Shown: positions 1 to 9,993, counted from the stretch's first letter. The stretch: 64,000 nt of DNA from an uncultured Candidatus Saccharibacteria bacterium (GCA_964599405.1 CAZRED010000001.1:75528-139527), one strand, 5' to 3'. Notes: generated from the letters alone by a model not told the origin. A program made the numbers and translations.

Positions 1-462
1 AACCAATTTGGCTGCCGAAACGCTGACCTCGGCAATCTCCGGCAAGCCCAGGGATTCAAAAAAAATTGTGGAGTGGCGCTTAGCACCAAAGCCAACCGCA
101 CCACCAACGGATTGAAAAGAAATTTGGTACTGCTGATTTGGTTCCCAATTTAGCTCGGGGGTGATAATCAGTGTCCGCGATAAGCGGCCAAACACTCCGC
201 CGCTCCAGCGCATTTCAAAGTCAACTGCCGGCTCAATCTCCACAACCACTTTCCGTCGGGCGACAGGCAAGGAGAACTTAACAACTAGCGGTTCAACGAC
301 GCTAATCTTTTCGGTCTGTCCAGCCAGCAGCCGCGCTTTAGGCGCCACGGTACTGGAGACCAACACCAGTAGTCCAATCAAGGCGGTCAGCGACAACGCC
401 GCAGCGACAACGATTTTTTTTGGCTCGGCCAGCCAAAGTTTTTTAATTTTTTGCCAATACAT
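1..462 (-). CDS. Membrane-anchored protein with Ig-like (Big_5-type) domain; runs off the window edge
   Basis: Not in the ORF track. Read manually from ATG at 462: MYWQKIKKLWLAEPKKIVVAAALSLTALIGLLVLVSS...LIITPELNWEPNQQYQISF, open to base 1. Confidence 0.7.
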   Translation of the reverse strand, partial: MYWQKIKKLWLAEPKKIVVAAALSLTALIGLLVLVSSTVAPKARLLAGQTEKISVVEPLVVKFSLPVARRKVVVEIEPAVDFEMRWSGGVFGRLSRTLIITPELNWEPNQQYQISFQSVGGAVGFGAKRHSTIFFESLGLPEIAEVSVSAAKLV

Positions 463-1105
463 CTTTAGCTGCGATATAAACCGGCCCCCAGAAGCCGCCG
501 TAGAGCAAAATAACAACAATTTTTTCTACCCCAATTCCCCACAGAACGCTGCCAGATAACTGATCACTAAACCAATACCGGCTGGTTTCGCCGGGCAAGT
601 CAAATAGTATCTGGGTGTAGATAAAGAGATAAAAGGCCCCCATCAGGAGAATCGAGAACAATACTTCGTTGAGTTGATCGCGGTAATAACGGATAGCTAA
701 GAGTAGATTGATAGCCATGCCAAAAATCAAACAAACTATTAACGGTTGATTAAGCACATCAAACATTAGCAAGCTTAAAGCCACTCCTACCAAGAAAAGT
801 AGATAGCGGTGCCGATGAGTGCCTTGGGCGTGGGCGATTTTTGGCCGGATGCCTTGCTCATAGAGGTACGACGCCAACACCGCCACCGCCAAAATTACCA
901 CTGCCTGCGTGGCCAGAAATAACAATCCTTGGCCAAGCATAAACAGACCAAAAAATGTTTGGGAAAGGATAGGTACCAGCAATAATAACGGTAGTATTGT
1001 AGCCATTGCCGCCATGAACTCCGGCCGTTTAGCCGGCTGGCTATAAAACAAAAAGGCGGCCGGGATAATTAACAGGTGCCAAATACTTAGGTAGGGGAGC
1101 TCCAT
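443..1105 (-). CDS. Polytopic membrane protein, weakly reminiscent of lycopene-cyclase-domain membrane proteins
   Basis: About 7 hydrophobic segments; C-terminal SGSVLWGIGVEK; overlaps both neighbours as in an operon. Confidence 0.5.
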   Translation of the reverse strand: MELPYLSIWHLLIIPAAFLFYSQPAKRPEFMAAMATILPLLLLVPILSQTFFGLFMLGQGLLFLATQAVVILAVAVLASYLYEQGIRPKIAHAQGTHRHRYLLFLVGVALSLLMFDVLNQPLIVCLIFGMAINLLLAIRYYRDQLNEVLFSILLMGAFYLFIYTQILFDLPGETSRYWFSDQLSGSVLWGIGVEKIVVILLYGGFWGPVYIAAKDVLAKN

Positions 1106-2016
1106 CAGAAATATTGGTTAACTTTCGCGGTGTGTTCGGTTGAGGTTTTAGAGAAAAAGGTTTCGCCTTTGGCGTGAAAATAGTAGAAGTAGTCGTGGTC
1201 GGCTGGCTCCAGTGCGGCCTTAATACTGGTCAAGCCGGGGTTACAAATCGGGCCAGGGGGGAGGCCGGGGTTTAGATAAGTATTATATTTAGAAATTACA
1301 TCGCTGTAGTCCGCCACTGTCACCGCTTTCCAATCGCCTTTAGCATACTGAACGGTGGCATCGGCTTGCAGGTACATGTCAACCGCTAAACGGTTAGCAT
1401 AGACTCCAGCAATTGCCGCCCGTTCACCGTCACTTTTCGCTTCCCGCTCAATAATTGATGCCAAAATAATTACCTCCGGCGTTATTGTCAGATCTTTGGT
1501 GCGGTCTTTAAAATTTTCCCGCATCAGTTCGATTAGTTCGTCAGTAGTAATTTCAATTTTCACTTCGTAAGTATCGGGGAAAAGGTAGCCTTCATAAGCA
1601 GCAGCTTTGGCGGCAAAACCAACCGCGCCAGCTAATTTCTTTTCCTCAACCAAGTACGTTTCAATATCGGTGGCCCGCCAACCTTCAATAATGGTAATGT
1701 CAGCGGTTTTAAACTTGGCCCGAGCTAAATTGTCGGCAATAGTCGAAGCTGAATCGGTCGAGGCGATTTCGTAGGTCCCAGGCAATACGTTAGCTTGTAT
1801 CATTTTGAGGTATAAAAAAAATGCGAACTGACTTTTAATTAACTTTTCTTCCGAAAGTGTTTTGGCGATATCGGCGCGGGTCATACCAGAGACCACGACG
1901 ATTTCTTTGGTCACCGCCGCTTCACTGTCTTTAGCGCTAAGAAGCAATGTCATAATCACGCCTAAAGCTAAAATTACCCCAAACAAGGCAATGGCACTGA
2001 CTTTAAATAGCTTCAT
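1105..2016 (-). CDS. mltG: Endolytic transglycosylase MltG (YceG family)
   Basis: EGYLFPDTY, LASIIERE, LQADATVQY, YNTYLNPGLPPGPICNPG; N-terminal TM helix. Confidence 0.95.
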   Translation of the reverse strand: MKLFKVSAIALFGVILALGVIMTLLLSAKDSEAAVTKEIVVVSGMTRADIAKTLSEEKLIKSQFAFFLYLKMIQANVLPGTYEIASTDSASTIADNLARAKFKTADITIIEGWRATDIETYLVEEKKLAGAVGFAAKAAAYEGYLFPDTYEVKIEITTDELIELMRENFKDRTKDLTITPEVIILASIIEREAKSDGERAAIAGVYANRLAVDMYLQADATVQYAKGDWKAVTVADYSDVISKYNTYLNPGLPPGPICNPGLTSIKAALEPADHDYFYYFHAKGETFFSKTSTEHTAKVNQYF

Positions 2017-2431
2017 GCTCTTCTAGATATTGTTGAAGGATTAACTGGGCGGCCGCTTGATGAACCCGTTTTGCCACTTCCGGAGCCGGCAACTCTTGGG
2101 CAGTTAGTAGTTCTTCGGCCATAAAGCTAGTTAACGTTTCATCAACAAAGTGAACGGCACAACCAATCTCGGCTTCGAGCTTCTTGGAAAAGCCAGTAAT
2201 TTTTTTTGATTCTTCGGTTGGTTGACCGTCTTCGTCTACCGGTAGGCCCACCACGATGGCGTCCGCTTCTTCCAGCTCTTTCAGTCGGGCAATCTCCCCA
2301 ATGGCCAGCTCGGAGTTATCGTAAAAAGAGCTGTCTTTCGGCGATTCAATAGTGGTTAGTTCCGCCGCCAAGGTTTCCCCAACCGCTATGCCAATTCTGC
2401 GGGCACCAACATCAAGCCCCAAATAGCGCAT
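2003..2431 (-). CDS. ruvX: YqgF/RuvX pre-16S rRNA nuclease / resolvase-like protein
   Basis: LGLDVGARRIGIA, IVVGLP, VDETLTS, AAQLILQQYL. Confidence 0.92.
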   Translation of the reverse strand: MRYLGLDVGARRIGIAVGETLAAELTTIESPKDSSFYDNSELAIGEIARLKELEEADAIVVGLPVDEDGQPTEESKKITGFSKKLEAEIGCAVHFVDETLTSFMAEELLTAQELPAPEVAKRVHQAAAQLILQQYLEEHEAI

Positions 2432-4203
2432 TACGGCGCTACCCCCTCGGCTGGCGGAGCAGCTTCCTCAGCTTTTTGGACAAATCCGTATTCAACAGTA
2501 ATTGCTTGGCGCAGTAGTGGCAGCCGGTTGATCCACCAGCCAGGGGTAATGGTTACTTCAGCCGCTTCGGCACCGTAGGCCTCCTTTAGGATCTGACCCA
2601 CCGCATCCTTTGACTGATTTTTCACTTTTTTGGCCACCTCGGCTTTATCAATCTTCGGTACGACATAGGCAGTTCCGGCAATCTCAAAATCAAAGCTGTT
2701 TTTGTCGTCGCCAATTTTGACTGTTTTATAAGTTGGCGGGGTGTCTTCCGGAAAAACAATTTGTTGGCTAGCGGAGATTTTACTGTCAAATACGGCGGCA
2801 AAAAGGGAATTAGCGACTGTTTCGTCAAATACAATTGTTCCGTATTCAATAGTGATTGCGGCGGTTGCGCCATCAGTCTCCGTCCCCACCGCTTTGTCGG
2901 CGCCCTCTTTGCTAATCGTTTCCCAAATGCCGTCTTCCAACAGTTTCTGACCAACGGCTTTGGTTTTCAGCTCGGCTATCGCTTCCGCAATGGCTTCTTT
3001 TTTTAGCTCTAAAATTGCTGTGTCCACATCATCTTGGGCTAATATCGTCACAACTTTCGTCAAACCACCGCTAGTATTACCAGTCCCACTAATCCGTGAC
3101 GACAGTCCGTTAATTGTGAAAGTTGCTGCTGTCAGATTATGGGATTCACCGGCTTGGTCGGCGGTTAGTCCAATGTTGACAGACGTTGAATTACAGACGG
3201 TACCGCCGCCGCTAAAGTTGCCAGCTGGAATCGTCACCAAGCTATTAGTTAGAAACGTTTTGCCGCCAGCACTAACTTTACTGCCAGCCGCTACAGCATG
3301 CGACGCTGAATCCTCACAGTTACGGAACGGGATGGTGCCGCTAGCTTTGCTACCGACGTCTTTCTTGCCGGTGGCCGTAATCGCTTTGGTTTTTTCTTTA
3401 CTAACCAGTAGTTTGTTGCCAGTAACGGTATTGGCAATCTGGGTGTCGGCGGCGGTCACGGCACTAATGGCCACAGTTTCGCTTAAGGGTTCCGCCGGAA
3501 AAGTTACAACCACTTTGGCGCGGGGCACAAATACGTAGCCCAACAAACAAATTACTAGAAAAATACCAGCGCCAATCGCTACGGAACGCCAAGGAATTTT
3601 TACTTCTTTACGAACCGAAAAACCGCTGCGCGAAATGACTGGTGGCAAGTCTTCCTCGCTACCGCGAGGTTCATTCGGCACTACTTCCGGTTTTTTGGTT
3701 ATTTCTTCTGGGATAATCGTCACCGGCTCGAACGACTCACCCGGTTGGGTAATCCCATCTGCTGGGCTATCCGATTCTCCTGCCTCGAGTTCGGCATCCT
3801 CAAGTGTCGGCTGATCGCCGGCTACTTGTCCTTCGAGATTTTGTCGGTTCGGATCGTACTGCTGAACTTTAACGCCGCCGATTACTTCGTCCGGAACGCC
3901 CGGAGTGATTGGCGCGGCCGTCGCAGCCGCCACGGCCGGTAGGGAAGCGATGGTGGCGTAGGTGTTAATTCCCACCTGTTTAGCCAACCTTTGGCCGATT
4001 TTGTTGGTGGAGACAAAAGCGACGTTTTTGCCTAACCGTTTCGCTTCTTTGGAAAGCAGTTTTAAGTTAACTAGGCTTTGAAAAAGGGGGCTATTCTTCG
4101 CCAACACTAAAACGATGTCTTTGTCGGTCGATTGAGCAATCTTATCGATCACTGAGGTGATCTCTTCGCTTGGTTCTAGGTAGACCGGTTTGTAGGCCAT
4201 CAC
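2431..4203 (-). CDS. Membrane-anchored protein with baseplate-J-like extracellular region
   Basis: N-terminal EEITSVIDKI...LVNLKLL domain, acidic linker, one TM helix, ADQAGESHN and SGGLTKVVT motifs; coupled to the FtsA-like gene. Confidence 0.65.
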   Translation of the reverse strand: MMAYKPVYLEPSEEITSVIDKIAQSTDKDIVLVLAKNSPLFQSLVNLKLLSKEAKRLGKNVAFVSTNKIGQRLAKQVGINTYATIASLPAVAAATAAPITPGVPDEVIGGVKVQQYDPNRQNLEGQVAGDQPTLEDAELEAGESDSPADGITQPGESFEPVTIIPEEITKKPEVVPNEPRGSEEDLPPVISRSGFSVRKEVKIPWRSVAIGAGIFLVICLLGYVFVPRAKVVVTFPAEPLSETVAISAVTAADTQIANTVTGNKLLVSKEKTKAITATGKKDVGSKASGTIPFRNCEDSASHAVAAGSKVSAGGKTFLTNSLVTIPAGNFSGGGTVCNSTSVNIGLTADQAGESHNLTAATFTINGLSSRISGTGNTSGGLTKVVTILAQDDVDTAILELKKEAIAEAIAELKTKAVGQKLLEDGIWETISKEGADKAVGTETDGATAAITIEYGTIVFDETVANSLFAAVFDSKISASQQIVFPEDTPPTYKTVKIGDDKNSFDFEIAGTAYVVPKIDKAEVAKKVKNQSKDAVGQILKEAYGAEAAEVTITPGWWINRLPLLRQAITVEYGFVQKAEEAAPPAEGVAP

Positions 4204-5447
4204 TGTTTCAACCCCGTTACGGCTTTGCGCATCATCGTCTCCAAGATACTTGATTCACCGATTAAATCTAACCCCACGTTGGCTAGCGCTAGCGGCGTTA
4301 CCTCGGAGATGTCTTCCAAATTACCGGTTTCGTCTTTCATGTTGGCGACGTCGCCGGGATGGATGAACTGAACGTCAGGCACCCTGGCAAACGGCAAGTC
4401 TTTCACCCAACCAACGCTTTCCAAGACTTGTTTAATTTCTGGCAGGTTGCTACCACCCCCGCAGAGTAAAATTTTTGATGGTAACAGGTCGGATTCACCG
4501 AATTCTTCTAAGGAAATTTGTAGCGCTGAAAGCCAAACGTGACTATCCGATTCCAAGCCTTTCTGGACCTTGGCACTACTCTCCGCGTCAAGTTGGCCGG
4601 CGGAGTACTGTAATTTTAATTCTTCGGCTTCTTGGAAATTTTTTCCCATCACCGTAGCCACTCGCTTGGTGAAGGCACGCCCGCCAATCGCAAACATCTT
4701 GGTACCTTCAACGCCACCGTTGCGTACCACTGCCACATCAGTAGTACCACCGCCGATATCAATAAAAATCGCCGCGAAATCGGTGGATTCTTCATCGAGA
4801 CAACGCGCCACTGCGTACGGCTCGGCCGCCACGGCCAGCAGCTCTAAGCCCAGCTCGCTGACCACTGTTTCCAGCGCCCCTAGCTGCACAATTGGCGCAA
4901 AGGAATTGTAGACCCCCACAGCCAGTTCTTTGCCCTGGTAGCTCATGGGATTGGAAACTTTATAACCGTCGATAATCACGTTAACGATAGCGGCATTAAC
5001 TAGCTGGACATCGATTTCGTCTTGGCCGGTTTCCAGTGCCAACTCGGCCCGGGCTTGGCGAAATGCTTCGGCTTGAACTTTATTAACAATATCTTGTAGC
5101 TCAGACAGTTGGATCTGCTCGGATGGGTTTTCCCGGCGGATTTTAATGGTGCTAGTTGTACCTTTTACTAATTCGCCGGCAATGCCGATAATCGCTTGGG
5201 TCGGTAGGTGTTGAGCTTGGTTAGCGGCCTCTTCGATCGCCATTTCGCAGTTTTTGGCTACGCCATGGATATCGGTCACGCCGCCACCTTGCATATCCGA
5301 GAGTCGTTGGCGGGTTCGCCCAACGCCCCGGACATAGCCCCGGCCGTCAATTACTTCAAAAACCAGGGCTTTAACAAACTCGGTGCCAATATCCAATGAA
5401 ATTGCCCAATTAGACTGTCGTTTTTTCTTCCCTCCGAAGATTCCCAT
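4200..5447 (-). CDS. ftsA: FtsA-like actin-family ATPase
   Basis: SLDIGTEFVK, IDIGGGTTD, LCGGGSNL actin-fold motifs. Confidence 0.8.
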   Translation of the reverse strand: MGIFGGKKKRQSNWAISLDIGTEFVKALVFEVIDGRGYVRGVGRTRQRLSDMQGGGVTDIHGVAKNCEMAIEEAANQAQHLPTQAIIGIAGELVKGTTSTIKIRRENPSEQIQLSELQDIVNKVQAEAFRQARAELALETGQDEIDVQLVNAAIVNVIIDGYKVSNPMSYQGKELAVGVYNSFAPIVQLGALETVVSELGLELLAVAAEPYAVARCLDEESTDFAAIFIDIGGGTTDVAVVRNGGVEGTKMFAIGGRAFTKRVATVMGKNFQEAEELKLQYSAGQLDAESSAKVQKGLESDSHVWLSALQISLEEFGESDLLPSKILLCGGGSNLPEIKQVLESVGWVKDLPFARVPDVQFIHPGDVANMKDETGNLEDISEVTPLALANVGLDLIGESSILETMMRKAVTGLKQ

Positions 5448-5488
5448 CTCTTATGAGCCTACCAGAGAACGACTGGTCGGAAAAGCAG

Positions 5489-7171
5489 TTACGACAGTTC
5501 AGCTTTGATTCTTCGGACACCTTGTGACGAAGCTTCTTCTTTAAGGATTTTGAATCTTCCTAGTTCGCCAGTACTTTTGACGTGAGGGCCGCCGCAGAGC
5601 TCTTTGGAAAAGTCCCCAATCGAATATACCGAAACGATATCACCATATTTTTGACCGAATTCCGCTAACGCTCCTGATTTCAAAGCTTCTTTTTGCGGCA
5701 TCTCAACGCGCGTTACCGGCAGGTTGGCTTTGATTTGTTGGTTGACAATTTTCTCGACTTTTTCCAGCTCGGCCTCCGTTACTTTGCTGCCGAACGAAAA
5801 ATCCATTCGCAGCCGTTCACTGGTAACATTGGAGCCGCGCTGATGGACTTCCGGTCCCAGCACCTCCCGCAAAGCGGCAAGCAACAAGTGGTGAGCGGTG
5901 TGATGTTTGATGGTTTGCACGTTGTGGTCGGCTAATCCGCCCTTAAACTGTCCAGCCGAACCGGCTCGGGAAACATCCTGATGCTGGGCAAAGAGTTGTT
6001 CGAAATGTTTCAAGTCCACCGAATGACCTAAGCTAACCAAGTGCTCCAGTACCAACTCCTTCGGGAAACCAAACGACTCGTACATGTAGAAAGCCAGTTC
6101 GGTCACGACTTTTTCGGATTTGTCAGTAGTTTTTTCCAGCCACCGCTCTAAGTAATTAGTCGCCCGAGCGAGGTTTTTCTGGAACGCTTCTCGCTCTTTT
6201 TCCACTAATCCAGTAATTTTTTCAGCGCTCTCTAGCGGGTAGTGGCCGGCGTAGTAGTTGTGGATATGGAAAATCGCTACCGTCCAATCGAAGCCGCGAG
6301 CAAGCTGACTGACCAAAAAGGCGGTTTTGCGAATCAACCGGCGCAAGACATAGCCTTGGCCTTTATTGCTCGGCTCAACGCTGGCGCTGGCAATGAAAAT
6401 CGTGGCTCGCAAATGATCAATAATAATCCGGCTTTCGTGCAATTTGGTTGGGTCGGTGTAGTTTACCCAACCTTTGAACGGCTCGATTTCCCAAACTGAA
6501 CTTTTTCCCTGCAAGGTAACGGCCAGACGCTCCAGGCCGCTGCCCGTGTCTAAGCCAAAAAATTCCAACGGCGTATATTTTTTGTCTTTGTCGCAGTAGA
6601 ACTGGTTGAAAACCAAATTCCAAACCTCGATACCATCAACGTAGATTTCAGTGTTTGGTCCGCACGGCCCTTCATCGCCGGTGGGCCCCCAAAAGTTTTC
6701 CTCGCGGTTAGCCTTAACAACTTTAACGCCGTGAATTTTCCAAATCTTCTCGGACTCTTCATCGGCCGGCGTTTGGGTGTCGCCTTCAAAAACAGTCACG
6801 TGGATTCGCCCTTTGGCTACCTTCAGCTCCTTGGTCACAAACTCCCAGGCCTCATCAATGGCTTTTTCCTTCATGGCGTAGGAATCGTGTTGACCAAAGC
6901 GGAAGTTGCCGAGCATTTCGAAATTAGTGAGGTGCGTGGCATCACCGACCTCGGCAATATCGGAGGTTCGAATCACCGGCTGAACGGTCGCCACGGCATG
7001 GTGTTTGGTTAGTTCGGGTTGGGTGTAGAACGGTTTGAATTGCTGCATCCCGGCGGTAGTAAACAGCACCGATGGATCATTCTCCGGAATTAACGACGCT
7101 GCCGGCAAACGAACATAGTGATGTCGTTGATAAAAATCTAAAAATTTCTGGCGCAACTGCTCAACATTCAT
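5489..7171 (-). CDS. alaS: Alanine--tRNA ligase, short form lacking the C-Ala domain
   Basis: LFTTAGMQQFKP, FEMLGNF, GPCGP, DTGSGLER, HTAHHLL, ELCGGPHV; ends at GVRRIKA. Confidence 0.95.
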   Translation of the reverse strand: MNVEQLRQKFLDFYQRHHYVRLPAASLIPENDPSVLFTTAGMQQFKPFYTQPELTKHHAVATVQPVIRTSDIAEVGDATHLTNFEMLGNFRFGQHDSYAMKEKAIDEAWEFVTKELKVAKGRIHVTVFEGDTQTPADEESEKIWKIHGVKVVKANREENFWGPTGDEGPCGPNTEIYVDGIEVWNLVFNQFYCDKDKKYTPLEFFGLDTGSGLERLAVTLQGKSSVWEIEPFKGWVNYTDPTKLHESRIIIDHLRATIFIASASVEPSNKGQGYVLRRLIRKTAFLVSQLARGFDWTVAIFHIHNYYAGHYPLESAEKITGLVEKEREAFQKNLARATNYLERWLEKTTDKSEKVVTELAFYMYESFGFPKELVLEHLVSLGHSVDLKHFEQLFAQHQDVSRAGSAGQFKGGLADHNVQTIKHHTAHHLLLAALREVLGPEVHQRGSNVTSERLRMDFSFGSKVTEAELEKVEKIVNQQIKANLPVTRVEMPQKEALKSGALAEFGQKYGDIVSVYSIGDFSKELCGGPHVKSTGELGRFKILKEEASSQGVRRIKAELS

Positions 7172-7924
7172 CTAATTGCCCGGTAGGAAGAATTGCCAGA
7201 TGTTGCCAGCGCTGCCGGTTGTTGGCTCAGTTGTTTCGGCCGGCGCTTCAGCCACTGGGGCGGAGAGCAGACCCCGCCAGAAATCTAGAATTGGGATTGT
7301 CAGCAACAGCGAGATATCGCTCTTTGGCTTGATCTCAAAAGTCTCGCCGCTGCCAGCAGCATCAAGCTGCTTCCACCACTCGCCGTAGATGGTATTGTAG
7401 GCTTTTTCAATTGTTAAAATTTTCTCGGCGTAACCAACTGTCGAACGAATCGGTGTGCCGCGCTCGTACGCTAGCACCGCTCCGCCGCCGCCGTTGTAGG
7501 CAATTAAACCTTTGCGCACATTGCCGCCATAGTCCTGAATTCGGGTGCAGATGTAGTAAGCTCCGAAGCGGATAGACATGTCGGGATTAGTGGTTAAGTC
7601 GTTTGGCGTAAATGGGGAAACTCCCAGCCTTTTGGCTACCGAATTGGCGGTGGAGGGAATAAATTGGGTCATCCCAATCGCCCCGGCGTAGGAACGAGCG
7701 CCTTCTTTCCAGCCACTCTCAACCATAATAAGCGCCGACAAAAAGTTCGGTGTGGCAATATTCGTACAGTATTCGTTGGTCCACTTCGCTAACGATGCCC
7801 GATGTTTTTCTGGTAATGGGTAAGCAACGCTGGCAAAAAGCACTGGGCCCAAAACAATCACAATAGCGCCCAGTGAAAGTAGTGCTAAAACCACGTACAG
7901 CCCAATTTTTGTCCGCGCGGTCAT
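7172..7924 (-). CDS. Membrane-anchored SLT-family lytic transglycosylase
   Basis: IMVESG, GAIGMTQFIPST, IAYNGG. Start moved to ATG 7924 because the longer ORF runs into a tRNA. Confidence 0.88.
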   Translation of the reverse strand: MTARTKIGLYVVLALLSLGAIVIVLGPVLFASVAYPLPEKHRASLAKWTNEYCTNIATPNFLSALIMVESGWKEGARSYAGAIGMTQFIPSTANSVAKRLGVSPFTPNDLTTNPDMSIRFGAYYICTRIQDYGGNVRKGLIAYNGGGGAVLAYERGTPIRSTVGYAEKILTIEKAYNTIYGEWWKQLDAAGSGETFEIKPKSDISLLLTIPILDFWRGLLSAPVAEAPAETTEPTTGSAGNIWQFFLPGN

Positions 7925-7969
7925 CCCGCCCAGTGTACCAGAGAAAATCCGACGCTGTCGACAAATTTG

Positions 7970-8053
7970 TGCGCGAGAGAGGACTTGAACCTCCACGGGG
8001 TTGCCCCCACAGCCACCTCAAGGCTGCGTGTATACCAATTTCACCACTCGCGC
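7970..8053 (-). tRNA. tRNA-Leu(GAG)
   Basis: GCGCGAG acceptor stem, CAGCC-TTGAGGT-GGCTG anticodon arm, long variable arm, GGTTCAAGTCC. Confidence 0.95.
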
Positions 8054-8059
8054 TTATAA

Positions 8060-8107
8060 ATGCCAGTAGTGAAAATGCCTCGAAGAGAAGTATTTCACCA
8101 CTCGCGC
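8060..8107 (-). repeat. Hairpin whose 5' arm copies the first 16 nt of tRNA-Leu(GAG)
   Basis: ATTTCACCACTCGCGC at both 8038-8053 and 8092-8107; imperfect complement AGTAGTGAAAAT at 8065-8076. Confidence 0.8.
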
Positions 8108-8117
8108 AAAAGAGCCG

Positions 8118-8200
8118 TGCGCGTGAGAGGAGTTGAACCTCCACGCCCTTGCGGACACTGGAACCTGAATCCAGCGCGTCTACCGTTCCGCCACACGCGC
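8118..8200 (-). tRNA. tRNA-Leu(CAG)
   Basis: GCGCGTG acceptor stem, CTGGA-TTCAGGT-TCCAG anticodon arm, long variable arm. Confidence 0.95.
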
Positions 8201-8236
8201 GCTCCTGAATTTTACCAGAAACCTCGGGTCAGTTCA

Positions 8237-9532
8237 CTACTTTAGGTGCCACTGATCAATCGCTTGCCAACGGTCGCGCTCACCCAAAGGCAGCCACGGC
8301 TCGGCCGGAACAATATTTCTGATGATGTGAACAGTTTTTGTAACTTGTTCCAAAATTTTCGCCACCCCTAGCTCGGCTAATCGGGCATGAACTTGGTCAA
8401 TCTTCTGATAGCGCACCGCCAACGACGACTCGGCTTCAATCTCCGCAATTAAGCTATCAATCACATCGTCCTTAACGCCAGGTAGATTGTTGCCGGGCGG
8501 GCGCAGCTGGGTAGAGTGCCAAAGATAGTATGGGTCGAGCTCCGGCCAGTAGCTGACACCAGTCAGTAGCGCCTGAAAGTCGCGAGTTGGGGCGATGGTT
8601 GTGGAGATTTCTTCGGTTGGCCGGCGATCGACGGTCACTCGTAAGCCACTGCTAATCCAGCTATCCACTACCTGGTCGATATAGCTCTGATATTCGGCTT
8701 CGGCCGGGGCCGTTAAAACAACGTCCGTGGGCGTCACAGCCTCACCGTTCAAAACTTTCTGTCTATAACCCAGCTCCCGAAACGGAGATTTATTGATGTT
8801 GAGCATCACCGCGTAGTAGCGCGGCAACTGATAAGTGAATAAATTATAGCCATCAATTGGTTGTTTGTTGGTTAACGCTGCCCCATCAACTTTGCCTTTT
8901 TGTAGCGCTTCGCTCAAGGCGGCTTCGTCGGCAAAAGCGTGAATAACTATTTTATTTAGGTACGATGCTAGGGCGAATTCGCTGCTATTACGAGTGAAAA
9001 TCGCCGTGGTCGTGCTCATTTTGCTTAACTTATATGGGCCAAAATCAAACAGTGGCTGGGTAAGAAGCAGCGGCAAGTTAGGATTTGGTGTGGCGATAGC
9101 CAGTAAGATAACGCCATCGCCTTCATCGGTAACGGTTGATGGACCAATCAAGTCGCCGTTTTCTTCCAGAGCAGTAGTCACTTCGCTAGTATCAAGGCCG
9201 CGACGCAGATCAAAACGGTACTCGGTTTTTTCAGCATTAACCTGCCAGCCATCAATCAGGTGGTTCTCCACCATTCCTTCGGGGCTGATTTTAAATAACC
9301 CAGATTTAGTTAGCTTAGCGGCAGCCAGGGTTAAATCTTCACTGCCACCGACAATTCCTTCTACATAAGTACCGCCGGCCACTGGGCCGCTGTCCTGATT
9401 AAAGTACTGTCGGTACCAGAGGGAGCCGGAGACAGCAATCACCAAGGCCAAAATCGCCAGCAAGAGCTTTTCGTGGTGTTGGAGAAACCTTCCAAGCTGC
9501 CGCCACAGCGACGCCGGAGTTGGTAAGTTCAT
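8237..9532 (-). CDS. Family 5 (peptide/nickel) ABC substrate-binding-like protein
   Basis: N-terminal TM helix, GGTYVEG, GPYKL, LNINKSPF, DPYYLWHS. Confidence 0.8.
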   Translation of the reverse strand: MNLPTPASLWRQLGRFLQHHEKLLLAILALVIAVSGSLWYRQYFNQDSGPVAGGTYVEGIVGGSEDLTLAAAKLTKSGLFKISPEGMVENHLIDGWQVNAEKTEYRFDLRRGLDTSEVTTALEENGDLIGPSTVTDEGDGVILLAIATPNPNLPLLLTQPLFDFGPYKLSKMSTTTAIFTRNSSEFALASYLNKIVIHAFADEAALSEALQKGKVDGAALTNKQPIDGYNLFTYQLPRYYAVMLNINKSPFRELGYRQKVLNGEAVTPTDVVLTAPAEAEYQSYIDQVVDSWISSGLRVTVDRRPTEEISTTIAPTRDFQALLTGVSYWPELDPYYLWHSTQLRPPGNNLPGVKDDVIDSLIAEIEAESSLAVRYQKIDQVHARLAELGVAKILEQVTKTVHIIRNIVPAEPWLPLGERDRWQAIDQWHLK

Positions 9533-9748
9533 CTAAAGGAAGAGTCGAGCAATCGCGGAAACCAGAAATATCGCAGCAAAAACAATCGACGCTCGAAACA
9601 GTACCCTTTCTACCCCTCGGCGGCTCCGGTAACTAACGTCATTACCGCCGAACGCCCCGCCCAAACCTGTCCCTCGGTGTTGCAGAAGGATTGAAATTAT
9701 CAAAAGTACGGCCGAGGCAAATTGGCTTATCTGTATGACTGTTGTCAT
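9533..9748 (-). CDS. secG: Preprotein translocase subunit SecG
   Basis: ILLQHRGTGLGGAFGG...RRGVE; two TM helices; ATG at 9748. Confidence 0.93.
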   Translation of the reverse strand: MTTVIQISQFASAVLLIISILLQHRGTGLGGAFGGNDVSYRSRRGVERVLFRASIVFAAIFLVSAIARLFL

Positions 9749-9818
9749 GTACGGCAAATGGTAACCCGGCTAGCTACCCCAGTCAAGGTAAAATCAAGTC
9801 TCGAAGGGCTAATCTTTG

Positions 9819-9890
9819 AGGCCAGGACCGGATTTGCACCGGCGTAAAACGGTTTTGCAGACCGTCACCTCACTACTCGGTCACCTGGCC
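9819..9890 (-). tRNA. tRNA-Cys(GCA)
   Basis: GGCCAGG acceptor stem, ACGGT-CTGCAAA-ACCGT anticodon arm, U discriminator. Confidence 0.92.
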
Positions 9891-9993
9891 AATATAGACA
9901 TTATACCTGTAAATCTTAAGGTAAACGAGTGATTTGATAGGTATTTTCATTTTGCTACACTACCGACATCAACTAAACGGAGGTTGACGCACA

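Noticed and set aside
2960-3538. 192-aa + strand ORF (similarly 161-559, 12569-13201, 17591-18040, 30877-31344)
   Set aside because: Antisense to well-supported genes and with no motifs.
7719-8245. ORFs overlapping tRNA genes (also 11135-11608, 60056-60399, 63727-63927)
   Set aside because: They read through tRNA sequence and are spurious.
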